Shown: positions 24,497 to 32,535, counted from the stretch's first letter. The stretch: 38,578 bases of DNA from Minisyncoccota bacterium (GCA_022843645.1 JALHNF010000001.1:1-38578); one strand, 5' to 3'. The notes: generated from the letters alone by a model not told the origin. Numbers and translations are program-made.

Positions 24497-24505
24497 TGGT
24501 ATATT
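24497..24505 (+). promoter_or_regulatory. extended -10 (TGgTATATT) 7 nt upstream of ATG 24513 (leaderless-type)
   Basis: TGG TATATT at 24497-24505, then gtgcaaa, then ATG. Confidence 0.5.
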
Positions 24506-24512
24506 GTGCAAA

Positions 24513-25592
24513 ATGACGAACTCTCAAAAAACAGTTTTTCTTGGTATGTCAGGCGGGGTGGACTCCTCGGTCTCTTTGCTTTTACTCAAAAAAGCTGGGT
24601 ACAATGTTGTGGGAGTGTTTATAAAAGTATGGCAGCCTGAAGGATTTCCCTGTACTTCAAAAGAAGACCGTCTCGACGCGATGCGCGTTGCTGCGCAATT
24701 TAATATTCCATTTCTTACGCTTGATTTAGAAAAAGAGTACAAAAAAGGTGTTATTGATTACATGTTTTCTGAATATAAGAAAGGTAATACCCCAAATCCT
24801 GACGTCATGTGCAATCGTGAAGTGAAGTTTGGTGCATTTTTGAACTTTGCACGCACGCACGGTGCAGATTTTGTTGCCACAGGGCACTACGCGCAGGTTC
24901 TCCACTCCGAACATGAGTCAAAGGTACTCACAAGCAAAGATATTGAGAAAGATCAAACATACTTTTTGTGGACATTAGAGCAAAAACAGATACAGTCCAT
25001 TTTGTTTCCAATTGGTCATCTTAAGAAAAGTGAGGTACGAGAAATCGCCCGCAAAACAAACATATACACCGCACCAAAAAAAGACAGTCAGGGGTTATGT
25101 TTCGTGGGAAATGTTTCTTTCAAAGATTTACTCAAGCAAGAGCTGAAGCCGCTCCCTGGGGACGTATTAAATGAAAAAGGTGATGTGATTGGGGTTCATA
25201 ACGGCGCAATCCTCTACACAAAAGGTGAGCGACATGGATTTACTATCACAAAAAAGAGTCCTCATGATGAGAAGCTTTTCATAGTTGATCGCGATATACA
25301 AAAAAATACAGTCACTGTCTCACAAGATACCCCTGAAAATAGTAGCCGTTTGCTAGATGAATATGTCACACTGACAGATCACTCCTTCACACGAGAGGCT
25401 TTCTCAGTGGGTAAAAATGTATTGGCACGATTTCGATATCGAGCAGAACTTTTTCCCTGCACTGTCTCAAGTGTGAATGCAGAGACACTCACCCTCAAAG
25501 TAAGCACGCCTGTTTCAGTAACAAAAGGCCAGTCTGCGGCGCTGTACGATACGGCTAGCACAGAATTACTCGGAGGAGGTATAATAATGTAA
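24513..25592 (+). CDS. mnmA: tRNA-specific 2-thiouridylase
   Basis: PP-loop VFLGMSGGVDSSVS, plus NPDVMCNREVKFGAF and DQTYFLW. ATG 24513 (MTNSQK) is preferred to the track GTG 24504. Confidence 0.9.
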   Translation: MTNSQKTVFLGMSGGVDSSVSLLLLKKAGYNVVGVFIKVWQPEGFPCTSKEDRLDAMRVAAQFNIPFLTLDLEKEYKKGVIDYMFSEYKKGNTPNPDVMCNREVKFGAFLNFARTHGADFVATGHYAQVLHSEHESKVLTSKDIEKDQTYFLWTLEQKQIQSILFPIGHLKKSEVREIARKTNIYTAPKKDSQGLCFVGNVSFKDLLKQELKPLPGDVLNEKGDVIGVHNGAILYTKGERHGFTITKKSPHDEKLFIVDRDIQKNTVTVSQDTPENSSRLLDEYVTLTDHSFTREAFSVGKNVLARFRYRAELFPCTVSSVNAETLTLKVSTPVSVTKGQSAALYDTASTELLGGGIIM

Positions 25593-26044
25593 TGGATTAC
25601 ATATCAGGTATTGAAATAGAATTTTCTATTCGCATTCTCATTGCTCTTGTACTCGGAATGGTGATTGGTATCGAGCGAGTCCGCGCACACAAAATAGCTG
25701 GCCCACGAACATATGCGCTTGTGTCTATGGGTGCAGCACTTTTTATCGTGACAGGGGAGCTCGTATATGAAACCGTCAACCAAACAGTTGACTCACTTCG
25801 TATTGCTGCACAGATTGTTGTAGGAATTGGCTTCTTGGGCGGAGGAATGATTATGTTCAAAAATGGCGAGAAAACCGGCCTCACAACAGCTGCGGGGCTC
25901 TGGGTAGCCGCCGCGATAGGAGTTGCGTGTGGTTTTGGATTTTATACACTAGCAATAGTGGCAACACTAGCGACACTTCTTACTTTCACCATTCTCTGGG
26001 AAGTTGAGAACAAATTCATTGCTCCACATGACGATACTAAATAG
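25592..26044 (+). CDS. MgtC/SapB family membrane protein
   Basis: LIALVLGMVIGIERVRAHKIAGPRTYALVSMGAALF is the family signature. The start overlaps the mnmA stop (TAATG). Confidence 0.8.
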   Translation: MDYISGIEIEFSIRILIALVLGMVIGIERVRAHKIAGPRTYALVSMGAALFIVTGELVYETVNQTVDSLRIAAQIVVGIGFLGGGMIMFKNGEKTGLTTAAGLWVAAAIGVACGFGFYTLAIVATLATLLTFTILWEVENKFIAPHDDTK

Positions 26045-26504
26045 CTGGGTTATCTTGGCGCTTTTAGGCGCAGTTGCGGCATCACTTGGAACTATTTTTG
26101 CAAAAATAGGTTTGCAAGATGTACCATCGCATATTGTTACCACAGTACGAGGGGTTGTCATGGCTATTGTGGTCACTCTTGTCACGCTCTTTATTTCAAA
26201 AAAGGTCAGCATGCAGTCTATCACCGAGCTTCCAACATCAGCCTGGATCTTCATTATTCTTTCTGCTGTGTGCGGGGCAATATCGTGGCTTCTCTTTTTT
26301 CAATCTCTTGCCCTTGGGCCAGTACAGGGGGTGACTGTCCTTGATAAACTGAGTCTCATTTTTACTCTCGTCTTAGCGGCCCTTTTTCTTGGTGAAGCAT
26401 TTACTATACAAACTATTATTGGCGGACTCCTTGTGCTTATTGGCACTCTTTTGGTGGCACTTCCAAGTGAATTCTTACGTTTAGTAGGAAAGCTTTTTTC
26501 TTAG
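26028..26504 (+). CDS. EamA-like (DMT superfamily) small transporter
   Basis: Five hydrophobic helices, with a WVILALLGAVAASLGTIFAKIGL start typical of single-EamA proteins. ATG 26028 overlaps the end of the MgtC-family gene. Confidence 0.6.
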   Translation: MTILNSWVILALLGAVAASLGTIFAKIGLQDVPSHIVTTVRGVVMAIVVTLVTLFISKKVSMQSITELPTSAWIFIILSAVCGAISWLLFFQSLALGPVQGVTVLDKLSLIFTLVLAALFLGEAFTIQTIIGGLLVLIGTLLVALPSEFLRLVGKLFS

Positions 26505-26526
26505 ACACACCCTCATTTGTTGCCAG

Positions 26527-26778
26527 ATGGGAGTCGACTTCACATTCATTTATTGGTATTACCACACCTTCGTTGGTGTTCCGCCCTTTGGTTTTGATGG
26601 CATCGACATCAAAAGCTTTGCCATGGCGGCTCTCAGAAAAAGAACACTGCCGGAAGTGTCACGGACAGAATTAAAGAGAATACTCGAGATTCCTGATTAT
26701 GGATTCTCTCATGACCCACTCGAAGATGCTGAAATGCAAGCCGCTCTTTTCTTCGGGCTTCTTCACAAGGTAGGCTGA
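26527..26778 (+). CDS. C-terminal fragment of a DEDD 3'-5' exonuclease (possible gene remnant)
   Basis: Only the Exo III-like end is present (FSHDPLEDAEMQAALFFGL), preceded by a DFTFIYWYYHTF...PFGF segment. No DxE Exo I motif exists, and there is no room for one upstream because the EamA-like gene ends at 26504. Confidence 0.4.
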   Translation: MGVDFTFIYWYYHTFVGVPPFGFDGIDIKSFAMAALRKRTLPEVSRTELKRILEIPDYGFSHDPLEDAEMQAALFFGLLHKVG

Positions 26779-26799
26779 CATGTCTTACCTTCATACACC

Positions 26800-26828
26800 C
26801 CTCGCGCTCACTTGGGCGCGAGGTTTTT
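26800..26828 (+). terminator. intrinsic terminator
   Basis: CCTCGCGC / GCGCGAGG 8-bp GC-rich stem, 8-nt loop, then TTTTT. Confidence 0.8.
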
Positions 26829-26852
26829 ATTGTTTTCGATTATGAAATAAAT

Positions 26853-26861
26853 TGCTATATT
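26853..26861 (+). promoter_or_regulatory. extended -10 (TGcTATATT) 6 nt upstream of ATG 26868 (leaderless-type)
   Basis: TGC TATATT at 26853-26861, then gtgtag, then ATG. Confidence 0.5.
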
Positions 26862-26867
26862 GTGTAG

Positions 26868-28802
26868 ATGAAAGTAAAAGAGCTTAGAGCGACATTCTTG
26901 AGTTTTATGGAAGAAAAAGGGCATGTCATCGTCCCCTCATCTCCGCTTGTGCCCGAAAATGACCCTACAACGCTCTTTACGGGCTCTGGCATGCAACCGA
27001 TGCTGCCGTATCTACTCGGACAGCCACACCCAAGCGGAAAACGTGTGGCTGACTCTCAAAAAGCGTTTCGGAGTCAAGACATAGAAGAAGTTGGCGATAA
27101 CCGTCATACGACTTTTTTTGAAATGATTGGAAATTGGTCTTTTGGAGATTATTTCAAAGAAGAGCAAATTACATGGATGTGGGACTTTCTAGTGAGCAAG
27201 TTAAAGCTCGATCCTGAAAATTTTTATCTCACATGTTTTATTGGTAATGATTCTCTTGGTGTACCTCGTGATACATATTCGGCAGAACTTTGGCAAGCTT
27301 TTTTTAAAAAGAAAGGAATAGATGTTGGAATCGGCGAAAATCCCGAGAAAGATGGTATTCGAACAATCAATGGAGTAAGAGATCATATATTTTACTATTC
27401 CGAAAAAAAGAATTGGTGGAGCCGCACAGGAGCACCTGCAAATATGCCCATTGGAGAGCCGGGTGGTCCGGATACTGAGATGTTTTATGACTTTCACCCA
27501 GAACTAGGACGAAGCTGTATTCCAAATACTCCGTTTAGTGGTGAATTTTGCCATGTAAACTGTGATTGTGGACGATTTGTGGAAATAGGTAATAACGTAT
27601 TCATGCAGTACAAAAAAACTGCACAAGGCTTTGAAGAGTTGCCACAAATGAACGTTGACCACGGCTCAGGACTTGAACGTATTTGTGCTGCTGTAAATGA
27701 TGATGGTGATGTCTTTAATATTGATATCTTTGAAAACGCAAAGAAAACCATTGAAAATCTTTCTGGAAAAGCGTATACGGGCGAAGCGCAGTATGCATTT
27801 CGAGTAATTCTCGATCATATTCGCGCTGCAACATTTTTAATAAGCGATGGGGTGCTTCCGGGAAACAAAGACCAGAGCTATTTTGTACGGCGCCTCATTC
27901 GTCGTGCGGTACGGTTTGCTCGCAACCTCGACATTCACACAAACTTTTGTGCCGAAGTTGCAGATTCATTTATTCAAGTCTACAAAGACGAGTACACAAA
28001 CCTTGAAACTAACAAAGACGTTATTCTTGGCGAAATAACAAAAGAGGAGGAGAAGTTTAGAAAAACACTTGAGAATGGAATGAAGGAGTTTGAAAAAGCT
28101 ATCATAGAAATTCATAAATCAGTTAACGGAGAAACAAAAGAGATAATTAGACATTTGTCGGGCCGCATCGCTTTTGATCTACTTCAGTCATATGGATTCC
28201 CAATTGAGCTTACAGAAGAACTTGCAAAAGAGCGAAACATCATTGTGGACCGGGAGGAATTTGAAAAGCATAAAAAAGAACATTCTGATCAATCTCGCAC
28301 AGCATCAGCTGGAAAATTCAAAGGTGGCTTAGGTGGCGATGGGGAAATGGAAGTCAAGTTCCACACAGCCACACACTTGCTCCATCAAGCACTCCGCGAG
28401 GTACTTGGCGAGCACGTATTGCAAAAAGGCTCAAACATCACTCCTGAACGCCTCCGCTTTGACTTTTCTCATGATGCAAAAATGACCGACGAAGAAAAAA
28501 AGAAAGTAGAAAATCTTATTAATTCAAAAATTGCTGCAGATTTACCAGTAACACGTGAAGAAGTCTCATTTGAAGAAGCAAAAGCACGTGGTGCTATTGG
28601 ACTTTTTGAAGACAAATACAGTGACGTGGTGAGCATTTACCGAATAGGTGAGGGCACAAAACGTGGTGATAGCAATCTGTACTCAATCGAGTTTTGTGGC
28701 GGTCCACATGTAGAACGTCTTGGGGTGCTCGGAACGTTTAAAATTCAGAAAGAAGAAGCTGTAAGCGCTGGTGTGCGACGAATTAAGGCTGTGTTGATAT
28801 AA
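26868..28802 (+). CDS. alaS: alanine--tRNA ligase, short form lacking the C-Ala domain
   Basis: DPTTLFTGSGMQP, HTTFFEMIGNWSFGDYFK, the editing-domain motifs HTATHLLHQAL and CGGPHV, ending ...GVRRIKAVLI. It is 644 aa. Confidence 0.9.
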   Translation: MKVKELRATFLSFMEEKGHVIVPSSPLVPENDPTTLFTGSGMQPMLPYLLGQPHPSGKRVADSQKAFRSQDIEEVGDNRHTTFFEMIGNWSFGDYFKEEQITWMWDFLVSKLKLDPENFYLTCFIGNDSLGVPRDTYSAELWQAFFKKKGIDVGIGENPEKDGIRTINGVRDHIFYYSEKKNWWSRTGAPANMPIGEPGGPDTEMFYDFHPELGRSCIPNTPFSGEFCHVNCDCGRFVEIGNNVFMQYKKTAQGFEELPQMNVDHGSGLERICAAVNDDGDVFNIDIFENAKKTIENLSGKAYTGEAQYAFRVILDHIRAATFLISDGVLPGNKDQSYFVRRLIRRAVRFARNLDIHTNFCAEVADSFIQVYKDEYTNLETNKDVILGEITKEEEKFRKTLENGMKEFEKAIIEIHKSVNGETKEIIRHLSGRIAFDLLQSYGFPIELTEELAKERNIIVDREEFEKHKKEHSDQSRTASAGKFKGGLGGDGEMEVKFHTATHLLHQALREVLGEHVLQKGSNITPERLRFDFSHDAKMTDEEKKKVENLINSKIAADLPVTREEVSFEEAKARGAIGLFEDKYSDVVSIYRIGEGTKRGDSNLYSIEFCGGPHVERLGVLGTFKIQKEEAVSAGVRRIKAVLI

Positions 28803-28836
28803 AAAGACGTTCTTTCGGGGGGTCACGATAGTGTAC

Positions 28837-28865
28837 TTGACAAGACTGCTCTTATTGTGTATAGT
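28837..28865 (+). promoter_or_regulatory. near-consensus sigma70 promoter TTGACA-17-TATAGT
   Basis: TTGACA 28837-28842, a 17-nt spacer, TATAGT 28860-28865. Followed by a ~37-nt leader and AGAGGAGG at 28897-28904. Confidence 0.65.
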
Positions 28866-28908
28866 ATAGATGGTTGATCATTTTGAATTGCCCCAAAGAG
28901 GAGGTATT

Positions 28909-29298
28909 ATGCTCCGATTAAGAGTAACAGTATCTCTACAGTGTCCTCACTGTAGAGAGTCGATTAACGCCCACTCCCCGAACTGCCCAGCTCATGATCT
29001 TCAGAAGCTTGTCGAGAAGCGCATGGCATCCACTGGACTATGCCCGGTATGCAAGAAAGAGTCGGCATCTGTTGAATTAAATGCCGGTGACTTTTACGAG
29101 TGTCGTAAATGTCATACGCAATTCTCAACAGCCGAAAGCGGCTCAGCCGAGGAAGACTGGACATGGTTAACAATCAACGGCGAGTTCATTATCGTCATCG
29201 TGCTCAAGGATAAAGGCAAGGGAGACTTTCCTCTTGACAAGCTCTTTGAGGAAGCGCGGCAGAGACTAAAGAAGAAAAGAAAGCAAGCACCTACCTGA
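28909..29298 (+). CDS. orphan zinc-ribbon protein with basic C-terminal tail
   Basis: ATG 28909 lies 4 nt after AGAGGAGG. CPHC-x10-CPAH plus CPVC-x17-CRKC. The tail is RQRLKKKRKQ. A sampled line is 52% G+C. The track start 28870 lacks an RBS. Confidence 0.6.
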   Translation: MLRLRVTVSLQCPHCRESINAHSPNCPAHDLQKLVEKRMASTGLCPVCKKESASVELNAGDFYECRKCHTQFSTAESGSAEEDWTWLTINGEFIIVIVLKDKGKGDFPLDKLFEEARQRLKKKRKQAPT

Positions 29299-29355
29299 AC
29301 TGTGAAAACTTGTGACGATTAGTCCGGTTTTTGCTTAAATAGGTCGTAAAACAAG

Positions 29356-29378
29356 AAGAGCCTGACCAGCTCTTTTTT
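29356..29378 (+). terminator. intrinsic terminator
   Basis: AAGAGC / GCTCTT stem, 7-nt loop, T-run. Confidence 0.55.
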
Positions 29379-29402
29379 CATTATTTATTTTTGAGAATAC
29401 GG

Positions 29403-29408
29403 TATACT
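29403..29408 (+). promoter_or_regulatory. -10 box TATACT 7 nt upstream of ATG 29416 (leaderless-type)
   Basis: TATACT, then taatctc, then ATG. No SD. Confidence 0.4.
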
Positions 29409-29415
29409 TAATCTC

Positions 29416-30396
29416 ATGCAACGCGGCACGTTACTTTCAAAAGAAAAGTGTTTTTTAATTCTTGATATCTATCTTGGGGGTGTTGATGCTGTGCTTGTAG
29501 AAAATAAAAAGATTACTAAAAACGCGCACGCAGAAATTGCTCTCTCTACCGAAGATCCTGTCGCGACTTTTTTGCTTCAAGCGGAAGACCTCATACAAGA
29601 AAGCATCGCCAACCTTTCAGCAAAAGCTAAAGACATCCCAGTTTTAGTTTCTGTAGCTCCACCTCTGTCTCATTCCACCAAAGAAGAAGTTACTTTTTCT
29701 GAGACCGACAAAAACTTTTTTAACACCTCGTATACAACCATATATGATAAAGAGCTAGTGCTTCCGATGCCACATAAAAACATACTCCAAAATTTTGCCC
29801 ATGACGGCGTGATTGTAGAACACCCGCCCGAAAACCGAACTATAAACGGTTACGCGACTAAAAATCTAGAGCAAAAAGGTATTCGGAGCGCGGATCTTTA
29901 TGAAACGTGGATCCAAGGAACTGTTTATAATGCCATTGAGAAAGTGAAAATTAAATATTCACTTGGCAGCATGCTTTTTGTTGCCCCGTATGCAATACAA
30001 AATACATTCATTTTTGGACCTTACATGAGCTGTCTGTATGTAGAAGACAATGGGTTCCTTGTCGGTATAGGTACAGAAACGGTTGTTCGAGATGTGGCTA
30101 AAGAGCTTTCGCTTTCTGTATATCAGGTCAAAGATGTATTAAAAGGTATTCTGCGTGGTCACATAGAAAAAGAAATTGTATACAAAAAAACAAAACATCT
30201 GATTGATACGGCAATAGAAAACACGGTTCGTTTTGCACATATCGACGTATACAAAAAATATCTCTGGAGATGCACTACAAACGACCTTGGTTTTGATCAG
30301 ATTCTTAGAGATGCACTTTATGACCACAGAAACATTACACTACAACCAACATCAAATTCAATAATCACACATATACTAAAAAATACGTTACAATAA
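29416..30396 (+). CDS. hypothetical protein (possibly a divergent actin-fold/FtsA-PilM-like ATPase; very tentative)
   Basis: 326-aa soluble ORF. The N-terminal FLILDIYLGGVDAVLVE loosely resembles the phosphate-1 strand of actin-like ATPases. No firm motif. Confidence 0.5.
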   Translation: MQRGTLLSKEKCFLILDIYLGGVDAVLVENKKITKNAHAEIALSTEDPVATFLLQAEDLIQESIANLSAKAKDIPVLVSVAPPLSHSTKEEVTFSETDKNFFNTSYTTIYDKELVLPMPHKNILQNFAHDGVIVEHPPENRTINGYATKNLEQKGIRSADLYETWIQGTVYNAIEKVKIKYSLGSMLFVAPYAIQNTFIFGPYMSCLYVEDNGFLVGIGTETVVRDVAKELSLSVYQVKDVLKGILRGHIEKEIVYKKTKHLIDTAIENTVRFAHIDVYKKYLWRCTTNDLGFDQILRDALYDHRNITLQPTSNSIITHILKNTLQ

Positions 30397-30408
30397 AATC
30401 ATCGCTGT

Positions 30409-31674
30409 ATGCAAGACATTGTACCTAAGAAAAGTATCCGAGAAATTACTAAGCCACACGTACCTCGTGCACTTGAGGCAAGCTTGCACCCTCATCCGCA
30501 GAAACAAAAAACAGAAGACATACAAACAAAAGGGACACCGGGTGGGAGAGAGTACGTACATACAAAGAATATCCCTCCTCGAATTGCTGAAAAAGTAGAA
30601 AGAAAGGAGAGAGCAGGTAAAATACTTTTCGGCTTGTTTGTACTCATCTGTGCTGCCGTTCTATACTTTTTGCATACAAACAAAAGTGTCACTGTCTACA
30701 TAACTCCTGAAATCAAAACCGTGCAGCTAGACAAGCAAGATATCGTTATTCCTAACAGTGATATTAAAACACTCGAGGTAAGCACCACGTCAATCATTGC
30801 TCTCAAAACAACAACCGGCACCCCAACAATAACAAAAGCGAAAGGGGAGGTTATTATTTACAATGCCAATTCAACATCACAAACTCTTGTCGTTGGCACA
30901 AGACTTAAAACCAAAAATGGGCTTATATACAGGTTAGATGAGCGGGTTGTGGTCCCTGCTTCAAAAAGAGAAGCCGGAAAAGAGATTCCTGGTTCTATAA
31001 CCACCAAAGTTACAGCCGACAAGGGCGGTGAAGCTTATAATGTTGCTCAAACAGACTTCGTCTTTCCAGGTCTAGAAGGCTCTCCTCGATACAAAACAGT
31101 CTATGCTCGTACAAAAAGCAATATTACAGGTGGCGCTCAAACTAGTGCAGTAGCACTAGACGAAGTAGACAAAAAAGAAAAAATCACGTCCCTTCAAGAC
31201 GAAGCCTCTCCTCTGCTTAAGTCAGAGATCACAAAGAAGCTCGAGGGTAGTATTGCAATCGGCACCCCATCTACAACACATGTATTCAAAAACATAGACG
31301 ACAAACAAGGCGAAGTTCAAATCATTACAACCGTACAAGCAGTCGACAGTAACACCTTTGCTTCTCTTGTGGCAAGAAAGCCCAATACCAGCACAAGCAC
31401 AACAGCTCTCATGGGAAATACGCAAAGTATCACACTTGCCAAAGAGCAGTCGGGGAGCACGTCAACTATTGTTCGGAGTAAAGACGAAGTGAGTATACGA
31501 GTGCTTCCAACAAGTGCCTTTATCCAGGACACCTTAACAGGTAAGCCGTTCTCTGAATTTAGAGACCTTGTTTCAAATTTTGAAGATGTGCGAGAAATTA
31601 GATTTACCTCACGTCCATTTTGGATGCGAGCGTTTCCGAAACCGTCATACATAGAAATTCAAATTCAAAACTAA
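30409..31674 (+). CDS. hypothetical N-terminally anchored protein, beta-rich (loosely baseplate-J-like; tentative)
   Basis: TM segment ILFGLFVLICAAVLYFL after a basic N-terminus. The T/S/V-rich ectodomain contains KGEVIIYNANSTSQTLVVGTRLKTKNGLIYRL...PGSITTKVTADKGGEAYNV, which by eye resembles baseplate J/gp47-type segments. Confidence 0.5.
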   Translation: MQDIVPKKSIREITKPHVPRALEASLHPHPQKQKTEDIQTKGTPGGREYVHTKNIPPRIAEKVERKERAGKILFGLFVLICAAVLYFLHTNKSVTVYITPEIKTVQLDKQDIVIPNSDIKTLEVSTTSIIALKTTTGTPTITKAKGEVIIYNANSTSQTLVVGTRLKTKNGLIYRLDERVVVPASKREAGKEIPGSITTKVTADKGGEAYNVAQTDFVFPGLEGSPRYKTVYARTKSNITGGAQTSAVALDEVDKKEKITSLQDEASPLLKSEITKKLEGSIAIGTPSTTHVFKNIDDKQGEVQIITTVQAVDSNTFASLVARKPNTSTSTTALMGNTQSITLAKEQSGSTSTIVRSKDEVSIRVLPTSAFIQDTLTGKPFSEFRDLVSNFEDVREIRFTSRPFWMRAFPKPSYIEIQIQN

Positions 31675-31731
31675 TATATCTGCGTGATTGTTATTTTGTA
31701 GATGTGCTATATACTACTCTCTATATATACT

Positions 31732-31947
31732 ATGTCAGATAAAGATAAAGAGACGGTTCTGGGACAGGTAGTTGAAGCTCTTCCGAGTACCTTGTTTCGA
31801 GTGAAGCTCCAAGAAGATGGAAGGGAAGTCCTCTCGTACTTGGGCGGCAAAATGAGGATAAACAAAATACGTATTTTAGTTGGGGACAAAGTGGCACTTT
31901 TGATTGATCCATATGGTGGAAAAGCGCGTATTGTCAAAAGACTCTAA
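31732..31947 (+). CDS. infA: translation initiation factor IF-1
   Basis: VLGQVVEALPSTLFRVKLQEDGREVLSYLGGKMRINKIRILVGDKV...DPYGGKARIVKRL. ATG 31732 gives the normal ~71 aa length. Confidence 0.9.
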   Translation: MSDKDKETVLGQVVEALPSTLFRVKLQEDGREVLSYLGGKMRINKIRILVGDKVALLIDPYGGKARIVKRL

Positions 31948-32003
31948 AATCCTTGCGTTAAACAAAAAAATATCGTATTATACATAACCATATTGCCGTT
32001 ATC

Positions 32004-32126
32004 ATGAAAATTAAATCAACAATTAAGGCAAAAGACCTACGAAATGGAGAATTTCTTGTTCGAAGAAAAGGGAAACTTTTTCGAATTAACAAAAAAGATC
32101 CATCTCGAAAAGCTCGACAGGGCTAG
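32004..32126 (+). CDS. rpmJ: 50S ribosomal protein L36 (cysteine-free variant)
   Basis: Not in the ORF track because it is only 40 aa: [40 protein letters not shown]. It has the MK(V/I)(K/R)-S(V/I)K start, the RRKG core and the K-RQG end, and sits in the canonical position between infA and rpsM. Confidence 0.8.
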   Translation: MKIKSTIKAKDLRNGEFLVRRKGKLFRINKKDPSRKARQG

Positions 32127-32154
32127 ATAAAGGGTATATAAATTATTAAAACAC

Positions 32155-32535
32155 ATGCGAATTTCAGGTATTACAATCCCAGAGAAAAAACGGCTCGAAA
32201 TCAGCCTCACTTCAGTGTATGGAGTAGGTCGCCCTCGAGCAAAAGCTATTCTCAAAAAACTAAAGATTGACGAAAGTAAAACAGCTAAAGATCTTTCTGA
32301 AGCAGAAGAAAATGCTATCCGAAAAGAATTAGAAGCTTTCAAAATAGAAGGCGACCTCAAGCGTGAGGTTGCTCAAAACATTAAGCGCCTCAAAGACATC
32401 AAAGCATATCGTGGTGTTCGGCACTTACGAAAGATGCCTGTTCGAGGCCAGCGAACAAAAACAAATTCTCGTACCGTACGAGGTAATGTTCGTAAGACTA
32501 TGGGTAGCGGTCGACGAAAAGCTGAAAAGACATAA
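32155..32535 (+). CDS. rpsM: 30S ribosomal protein S13
   Basis: MRISGITIPEKKRLEISLTSVYGVGRPRAKAIL and KAYRGVRHLRKMPVRGQRTKTN. Confidence 0.95.
   Translation: MRISGITIPEKKRLEISLTSVYGVGRPRAKAILKKLKIDESKTAKDLSEAEENAIRKELEAFKIEGDLKREVAQNIKRLKDIKAYRGVRHLRKMPVRGQRTKTNSRTVRGNVRKTMGSGRRKAEKT

Noticed and set aside
25572-25579. GGAGGAGG upstream of the MgtC-family gene, considered as a possible SD.
   Set aside because: It encodes the Gly-Gly-Gly of the MnmA C-terminus and lies 12 nt from the ATG. Coupling via the TAATG overlap is a simpler explanation.
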